A stretch of DNA of 46,317 bases. It comes from a virus. The position numbers and the translations under genes were made by a program. Position 1 is the stretch's first letter, and each line of letters opens with the position of its first letter. The stretch spans positions 1 to 46,317 of the IMG/VR virus record IMGVR_UViG_3300045988_083108; one strand, given 5' to 3'. Shown in pieces: positions 40,982-46,317 of the stretch. The notes beneath the pieces are model-generated. The model was given only the letters and a program-made list of their open reading frames with translations, was not told where the DNA came from and made no database searches.

Positions 40982-43276
40982 ATGCACGTTATAAAACTGA
41001 ATGGTTACAATGCCACAACAGAGAATGGTGAAAAGCTGGAACTCGGCACATTTAACAGCTATGGAGAGGAACAACTTCAAATTGTTGAAGCGCCAGATTG
41101 GGTAAATTTAAGCGTAATAGCGACATTTAATCCCCCAAACAAAAAGCCTGTTCAAGTTGCTGTTGATTCCATTACCGGCGTTATCAAAGTTCCGAAGGAA
41201 GCTACGGCTGATTTGTACGGCGTTGGAACGATTGTGTTTGTAGGTCTTGCAAACGGCGTACAGCGCATCTCTGCCGATTGTGAATACATCGTAAGGAAAC
41301 ACTCAAATGCAAGCGGTACAGAGCCAGCAGAGCCTACACCCGACCTGCTACAACAGGTTTTAACTCTAAGTAAGGACGCACAGACCGCCGCCAAGAACGC
41401 AGAGCAAAGCGCAAAAAATGCCGCGAAGGATGCGGCGGACACTGTAAAGCCTTACAAGGAAGAAGCTGTACAGGCGGCAACAGCTGCGGCTTTGAGCGAA
41501 AAGAACGCGGCAGAAAGCAAAGCAGCTGCACAGGAAGCTGCCGAACGTGCCACACAAGCAGGCATTGCGGCAAGTAACGCCGCCGAAGAAGCAGAACGTT
41601 CAGCAGGTATCGCCACAGACGCGGCAGGTGGCAGCGCCCTGAACGCAGAAAATGCACATAAAAGCGCTTTGAACGCACAGCAGAGTGCAAATAATGCCGC
41701 AGAAAGCCAGAGTGCGGCAGAGGCAAGCGCCGAATCCGCAGAAAGAAATGCCGAGCAAACGGCAACCGATGCGAAAACCGCAACCGATGCTAAAGTTGCG
41801 GCAGCGGGCAGCGCCGATGCTGCGGCAGGTTCAGCTAATGCGGCGGGCAATTCTGCAAGCGCTGCGGCGAGAAGTGAACAGGCGGCAGGGGCATCGGAAG
41901 TAAAAGCTGCTGAAAGTGAAAAGGCCGCAAAGGCGAGTGAGCAAGCTGCGGCGGAATCTGCACAGGCCGCGCTGGAAAGCAAAACAGCAGCGGCAACCAG
42001 CGAGGTAAACGCTGCCGCAAGTGCAAAAAAGGCACAGGACGTTGCCGATAGCTTGCCCGAAGATTACACGACAGCAGTAAATGATATTGCTACGCTGAAA
42101 CAGCAGGTGGCAAACATCACGCCCGATGACAGCGCCATTGGCGGCAAGCCGTGGAGCAGCAAGCGCATCATTGATATGTTCTGCCCGCCTCTGGAAGAAA
42201 GCGGCAACCCTGTTGTGTGCTACCCTGTGGCGGGGTATCCACTGGGCGTGAAAGCAAAGTGGGAACCCATGCAGGAAGGCAGCGGAACACCCAGCCCCGA
42301 AAACATTCGTCCCATCAAGGGACGTGACAGCGTGATGGTGGAGCGGTGCGGGGAGAATCTCTTTAATAGAGATGGATTGGTAGTTGGCGCACCAGTTTAC
42401 GGTGAGAATGGAACTATATCATCATACGAAGATGTCGCTGTTTCTTACGTAAAAGTTGTTCCAGGCGCACAATACTCGATTCGTTTGAGGCAAACAGACG
42501 ACACAATTCTGTATACTCGCATTGCTTTTTTGACGAAAAGCAAGAAGTTTATCAAGCGTGCATATATGCTTAACACAAAACATGGTATGGAATCCGAGAA
42601 AACATTCACAGTCTCAACCGACTGTGAATGGATTCAATTTGGGCTGAATAACGGGATAACATTTAACTACAATTTTGATGTCGTTTTCGTTGCTGGAAGC
42701 GCCCCCACCGCCTACATTCCATACACGGGGCAAACCAACACCCTGACCCTGCCCGAAACCGTGTATGGCGGTGAGGTGGACGCGGTGACGGGTGATGGGC
42801 AGGAGACGTGGAAAATACTGACGTTAGACGGAACAGAGCGGTGGATGGACAACGGCTCCGTCCCGAGCACAAAACAGCAGCAATGGGCATTATATGGAAT
42901 ACTAGAACCTTATTCTGCGGTTTTGGGAATTTCAAGCCATTTTGATAACCAAAAAAAATTTAATGAATATCCGTTTAACTTTGTACGCATTTCTTCTACA
43001 TCCGTCGTACTTCACGTGGCCTCAGATGGACCTTTCGCAACAGTCAATGATTTGAAATCCTACCTTGCCGCCCAGTACGCCGCAGGAACACCCGTGCAAG
43101 TCTGCTACAAGCTGAAAGAGCCTGTGCCCTTCACCGCGACAGGCGCACAGCCGTTGCCAGCGCTTGTAGGAGTAAACACCGTGCTGACAGATGCCGACAG
43201 CGCGACTGTGACGGGACGCGCAGACCCCATTAAGCGAATCACCGATTTGGAAGATGCGGTGGCATCTCAAACATGA
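40982..43276 (+). CDS. Tail fibre with an Ala/Ser/Glu-rich repeat shaft and a C-terminal receptor-binding-type domain
   Basis: Start moved to ATG 40982; about 230 aa of SA..A/AE..A periodic repeats (41340-42040). Confidence 0.7.
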   Translation: MHVIKLNGYNATTENGEKLELGTFNSYGEEQLQIVEAPDWVNLSVIATFNPPNKKPVQVAVDSITGVIKVPKEATADLYGVGTIVFVGLANGVQRISADCEYIVRKHSNASGTEPAEPTPDLLQQVLTLSKDAQTAAKNAEQSAKNAAKDAADTVKPYKEEAVQAATAAALSEKNAAESKAAAQEAAERATQAGIAASNAAEEAERSAGIATDAAGGSALNAENAHKSALNAQQSANNAAESQSAAEASAESAERNAEQTATDAKTATDAKVAAAGSADAAAGSANAAGNSASAAARSEQAAGASEVKAAESEKAAKASEQAAAESAQAALESKTAAATSEVNAAASAKKAQDVADSLPEDYTTAVNDIATLKQQVANITPDDSAIGGKPWSSKRIIDMFCPPLEESGNPVVCYPVAGYPLGVKAKWEPMQEGSGTPSPENIRPIKGRDSVMVERCGENLFNRDGLVVGAPVYGENGTISSYEDVAVSYVKVVPGAQYSIRLRQTDDTILYTRIAFLTKSKKFIKRAYMLNTKHGMESEKTFTVSTDCEWIQFGLNNGITFNYNFDVVFVAGSAPTAYIPYTGQTNTLTLPETVYGGEVDAVTGDGQETWKILTLDGTERWMDNGSVPSTKQQQWALYGILEPYSAVLGISSHFDNQKKFNEYPFNFVRISSTSVVLHVASDGPFATVNDLKSYLAAQYAAGTPVQVCYKLKEPVPFTATGAQPLPALVGVNTVLTDADSATVTGRADPIKRITDLEDAVASQT

Positions 43277-43289
43277 AAGGAGTAATAAA

Positions 43290-43538
43290 ATGGTTATCAA
43301 GAGTAAAGCGCGGCACGATTTAACATTGCGCAGTATTAAGCGAGAGATTGCAGCAGGACGCGACGTTGCGTTTTGGCTCGATAAAGCGTACACGCACCTT
43401 GACAATGGCCTGCTGACCGAAGATGACATTGCAGAGGTGGAGACGCTTGCGCAGGAATACTACGATGCGCTGGACGCTGCATCTAACGCAACCTCGGAAA
43501 ATGCCGAAACGAATGAGCAGATTGAAAATGACGCTTGA
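43290..43538 (+). CDS. Hypothetical protein
   Basis: Start moved to ATG 43290 (RBS aaaggag). Confidence 0.55.
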   Translation: MVIKSKARHDLTLRSIKREIAAGRDVAFWLDKAYTHLDNGLLTEDDIAEVETLAQEYYDALDAASNATSENAETNEQIENDA

Positions 43539-43586
43539 CAACTTCGAGCTGGTATGCTACACTACAATAAAAAGAGGTGATACAAG

Positions 43587-43859
43587 GTGGATATTTTCAT
43601 GAATGTTGCTTCGATGGCATCTATTACCGCCATTGTTGAGCTTATCGCGTATGCGTACAAGACAAAGACCTCGGCAGACAATAAGTGGATTCCTGTCATC
43701 TGCATGATTGCTGGCGCAATTCTTAGCATTGCTGCTTGGGTTGTTTACCCGGCTATTTACCCTGCCACGGATGCGTTTACCGCGTGCGCAATGGGTATTG
43801 GCTCTGGTGCAACGGCAGTTGCACTGTATGAGGGCATTTTCAAGTCCTCTAGTAAATAA
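43587..43859 (+). CDS. Holin candidate (three hydrophobic segments)
   Basis: GTG start, RBS agaggtg; 90 aa; charged C-terminus. Confidence 0.6.
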   Translation: MDIFMNVASMASITAIVELIAYAYKTKTSADNKWIPVICMIAGAILSIAAWVVYPAIYPATDAFTACAMGIGSGATAVALYEGIFKSSSK

Positions 43860-43874
43860 TAGGGGTGTTTGAAG

Positions 43875-44102
43875 ATGCGCACTAAGAAAGCAGAAATTGC
43901 AAGTCAAAAGCAAATCGGTGATGCAGAGCCGATTGCTGTTTCTACTGACGTAGTTCCTGATGAAGTTATGCCGGTAGAAGATATTCCTCAAGCGAAAGAG
44001 TATCAAGTCTTTGTTCGATTCGCAAGCCGCGAAAATGCAGAGAACTTTAAGTTCAAGTTAAAGTCTCTTGGCTACGACAATGCAGAGTTGAGCGAGGTGT
44101 GA
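43875..44102 (+). CDS. Small protein with a possible SPOR-like half-domain
   Basis: YQVFVRFASRENAENFKFKLKSLGY loosely resembles SPOR (y.Vq.GaF....nA......L...G). Confidence 0.4.
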   Translation: MRTKKAEIASQKQIGDAEPIAVSTDVVPDEVMPVEDIPQAKEYQVFVRFASRENAENFKFKLKSLGYDNAELSEV

Positions 44103-44105
44103 CTT

Positions 44106-44315
44106 ATGCCGACAGAGATTGCCCAAAACGTTTACATGAACTACGGCGTTCTCGGCTGCGTTATTGTGTCGTTTTTCATCCTGATTTGGTGGGTCGTTAA
44201 GACTTCCAAGGAACGTGAGGATAAGCTATACGGCATAATTGAAACCCTTTCAAAGGAGCTTCCCGAAATTCGAAAAAACCTTGAAGAAATCAAGGACAAA
44301 CTGTTTGATGATTAA
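44106..44315 (+). CDS. bhlA: BhlA/UviB-family holin-like protein
   Basis: 69 aa; one N-terminal TM followed by the charged helix KEREDKLYGIIETLSKELPEIRKNLEEIKDKL. Confidence 0.6.
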   Translation: MPTEIAQNVYMNYGVLGCVIVSFFILIWWVVKTSKEREDKLYGIIETLSKELPEIRKNLEEIKDKLFDD

Positions 44316-44327
44316 GGTGTGAATCCA

Positions 44328-44633
44328 ATGGATGTTGATACAAAGCTGGACATGGTGAAAGACCCTACCAGCGGGACAGATAATTACATTTCACAGTTTG
44401 TGTTTGAATCTTGCGAAATGCGTCACGAGAAGCGCGAGAAGCGATATTTTTCGATTATCGTTCTGCTTATTGTCCTGCTTGTTGCAACAAATGTTGCGTG
44501 GCTGTTCTATGAAGCACAGTTCCAAGTGCAGACATCAGAAACAGTTACAACCACTACAACGCAAACAGTTGACGCAACACAAGAAACTGCTGATGGCGAT
44601 GCAAGCCTTGACGTTACGGCGGGTGGTGATTAA
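44328..44633 (+). CDS. Single-pass membrane protein with a Thr-rich ectodomain
   Basis: Start moved to ATG 44328. Confidence 0.5.
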   Translation: MDVDTKLDMVKDPTSGTDNYISQFVFESCEMRHEKREKRYFSIIVLLIVLLVATNVAWLFYEAQFQVQTSETVTTTTTQTVDATQETADGDASLDVTAGGD

Positions 44634-44635
44634 CA

Positions 44636-44743
44636 ATGGCAAAGCAGAAAGTACGCATTAAGACAGTTACCACAACAACACGGACTAAGACAAGAACCCG
44701 CGTTAGAAAGAATCAAAGCAATGGCAAAAAGAGTGGTAAGTGA
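44636..44743 (+). CDS. Mini-ORF, 35 aa, very basic (MAKQKVRIKTVTTTTRTKTRTRVRKNQSNGKKSGK)
   Basis: Hand-translated; RBS ggtggtga; overlaps the next gene by 23 nt. Confidence 0.35.
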   Translation: MAKQKVRIKTVTTTTRTKTRTRVRKNQSNGKKSGK

Positions 44744-44936
44744 GGATATTTCTAACAAAGAGTTATCCGAACTGATTGATTTGTGGGTAAGAGGCGAAAC
44801 GCCGAGAGCTGTTCTGAAACGCCGCCTGATTGACGAGCGGACATTTGACCAGCTTTCGGAAGAATTTGGCTACTCCGTCCAGCGAATCAAAGTTATCACC
44901 TATAAAGCCGAAGAACAACTGTTCAAACACATCTGA
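44721..44936 (+). CDS. Sigma-70 region-4-like HTH protein, 71 aa
   Basis: RTFDQLSEEFGYSVQRIKVITYKAEEQL. Confidence 0.55.
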   Translation: MAKRVVSEDISNKELSELIDLWVRGETPRAVLKRRLIDERTFDQLSEEFGYSVQRIKVITYKAEEQLFKHI

Positions 44937-44951
44937 ATAATAGACAAATAA

Positions 44952-44990
44952 AAGCCTTATCGGGACTTCTCGATAGGGCTTTTTCTTTTT
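44952..44990 (+). terminator. Strong rho-independent terminator
   Basis: 11-bp stem aagccttatcg/cgatagggctt, 8-nt loop, then a T-run. Confidence 0.85.
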
Positions 44991-45020
44991 ATAATTGAAT
45001 CAGAAATGAGGTGTTAGACA

Positions 45021-45503
45021 GTGCAGATGCCTATGTATGGCTCACCTATGGGCTACAATCAACCGTATGGCGGCTGGCAAGCCCCACAACAGCTTTATCA
45101 ACCGCAGACGAATAGTTTTATGCCTAAGGCACAGAACGCCCAAGACGGCCTAAATCAGGGCTATGGCTCAATGCCTTGGATTTTTGTTTCCAGTGAGGAA
45201 GATGCGAGAAATCGCATTGTTCAGCCAAATCAAACAGCTTGGTTCATGGATAACAACAATCCGTACTTCTATGTGAAGTCTTGCGATGTTTCCGGCGCTG
45301 TCACATTCAAGAAATTCAAGTTCTCCGAAATGTCTGGCGAACCGGCTACCGATTGTAGGCAGTTGGACGAGGGCAAAATCCGTCAAATTGTAGATGAACG
45401 GCTCAACGAATTATTGAATATTAAGGGAGATGTGAAGAATGAATCCTCTGACTTCTCTGTTCCAACAGGCGAACGCCGCGTCAACACCAAATCCGCAAAG
45501 TAA
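45021..45503 (+). CDS. Hypothetical protein with a Q/P/Y/G-rich N-terminus
   Basis: GTG start, RBS gaggtg with a 7-nt spacer. Confidence 0.6.
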   Translation: MQMPMYGSPMGYNQPYGGWQAPQQLYQPQTNSFMPKAQNAQDGLNQGYGSMPWIFVSSEEDARNRIVQPNQTAWFMDNNNPYFYVKSCDVSGAVTFKKFKFSEMSGEPATDCRQLDEGKIRQIVDERLNELLNIKGDVKNESSDFSVPTGERRVNTKSAK

Positions 45504-45675
45504 CCCAATGCAAATGATTCAGATGCTTGGCCAAGTGAAGCAGATGGTCGGTTCTCGGAATCCGAGTGCTGTGGTTGACGAACTTGTAAAGACAGGCAGA
45601 TTCAGCCAACAGCAAGTAGACCAAGCGAAAAAGATGGCTGAACAGATTTACCCGCAAGTAAAGAGTTTCCTTTAA
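45439..45675 (+). CDS. Small helical hypothetical protein, 78 aa
   Basis: RBS aagggaga; overlaps the preceding ORF by 65 nt in the +1 frame. Confidence 0.5.
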   Translation: MNPLTSLFQQANAASTPNPQSNPMQMIQMLGQVKQMVGSRNPSAVVDELVKTGRFSQQQVDQAKKMAEQIYPQVKSFL

Positions 45676-45750
45676 CTCGCAGTTAAGCAGTAGTGCGCAA
45701 TATTGCTTTTCTCAAATACAAAATTTTATGTATGAAAGGTGGAACTTCTC

Positions 45751-46317
45751 ATGGCAATGGAAGATTCTAGCATGATGTCCCCTGCCGACATTGCCGCTCT
45801 GACCCGTGGCAACACTGGTTTTGGTGGCGATGGCATTTCTTGGCTGGTGCTGATTCTGCTGTTCTTTGGCTTCATGGGCGGCGGCTGGGGTGGCCGTTAT
45901 GGCAACGGCGAACTCGGCCAGTACGCTACTGCGGCTTCCCAGCAGGACATTCTGTTCGGTCAGCACTTCGGTCAAATCAATGACCGCCTGACCAACATCG
46001 GCAACGGCGTTTGTAGCCTTGGCTACGATATGCAGGGCAACATCGGTCAGCTCGGCAAAGAGATTGCGCTCGGTCAGGCTAACTTGCAGTTGCAGGCCAG
46101 CAACAACACTTATGCGCTGTCTAATCAGCTGTCCAACTGCTGCTGCGAAAACCGTCTGGCTTCTGCCCAGCTTGGCGCACAGATTGACAAGCAGACTTGC
46201 GACATCAATGCCAACATTGATGCTAAGTTTGCCGAACTGCAAAAGGGCCAACTGGAACAGACCATCGCGGCACAAGCGCAGCGCATTAACCAGCTTGAAC
46301 TTGCCCAGCAAATGTGC
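45751..46317 (+). CDS. 5' part of the junction-spanning gene: Gly-rich TM segment, Q/N/L-rich coiled region, CCCENR motif (217 aa once joined to 56-142)
   Basis: ATG 45751, RBS gaaaggtgg; open to the window end in frame. The track shows only an antisense shadow ORF here. Confidence 0.7.
   Translation, partial: MAMEDSSMMSPADIAALTRGNTGFGGDGISWLVLILLFFGFMGGGWGGRYGNGELGQYATAASQQDILFGQHFGQINDRLTNIGNGVCSLGYDMQGNIGQLGKEIALGQANLQLQASNNTYALSNQLSNCCCENRLASAQLGAQIDKQTCDINANIDAKFAELQKGQLEQTIAAQAQRINQLELAQQMC
46263..46317. repeat. Second copy of the 55-bp terminal overlap
   Basis: Identical to bases 1-55. Confidence 0.97.

Noticed and set aside
41340-42040. Ala-rich repetitive DNA with many overlapping ORFs in all frames
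   Set aside because: It is explained by the periodic A/S/E-rich shaft of the tail-fibre gene. The other-frame ORFs (Arg/Pro/Leu-rich) are by-products of the GC-rich repeats.
45712-46311. 199-aa ORF on the minus strand at the right end of the window
   Set aside because: It is antisense to a plus-strand ORF that has an RBS, a sensible start and continuity across the circular junction. It has no RBS and a low-complexity translation, so it is a shadow ORF.

Overview
The window is a complete tailed-phage genome that closes on itself. Bases 1-55 recur exactly at 46263-46317, leaving about 46,262 unique bp, and one gene (45751 -> 142) is complete only across the junction. The gene content points to a siphovirus of a Gram-positive, Clostridia/Bacilli-type host: SPP1-type portal, scaffold, capsid, head-tail adaptors, major tail protein, G/GT-type chaperones, 823-aa tape measure, Dit/Tal-like proteins, XkdX, a BhlA-type holin, and a G39P-like loader with a DnaB-type helicase. 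I saw no integrase, CI-type repressor, transposase, CRISPR array or reverse transcriptase. There are four transcription blocks, each preceded by near-consensus sigma-A promoters with exact 17-bp spacers. Block 1, minus strand 3212-1215: winged-HTH protein, HicB-like protein, small membrane proteins and an NrdR-type zinc ribbon. Block 2, plus strand 3492-17390: early, recombination and replication genes, a TerS-like gene and an AAA+/vWA pair. Block 3, minus strand 27212-18325: HTH protein, TerL, a triple-repeat protein, dUTPase, DUF3310-like protein, ThyX and a tRNA array. Block 4, plus strand 27358-1211: virion, lysis and a terminal accessory cassette. Six things deserve a second look. (a) A post-lysis accessory cassette crosses the junction and includes a stand-alone BclA-C-terminal/C1q-like protein, a Gly-rich TM/CCCENR protein and a ferritin-like protein. 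(b) The AAA+/vWA module is bracketed by nested inverted repeats and two heptamer iteron arrays. (c) A 14-nt bipartite G-box family is confined to intergenic DNA at 13.1-18.1 kb, including a roughly 600-bp gene-free zone. (d) A promoter-driven tRNA array holds two canonical and two non-canonical tRNA-like genes and long structured spacers. (e) A 43-aa module is duplicated between an M23 peptidase and a mini-gene next to the tail fibre. (f) The terminase genes are split. All functional calls rest on motifs I recognised by eye. No database search was run.
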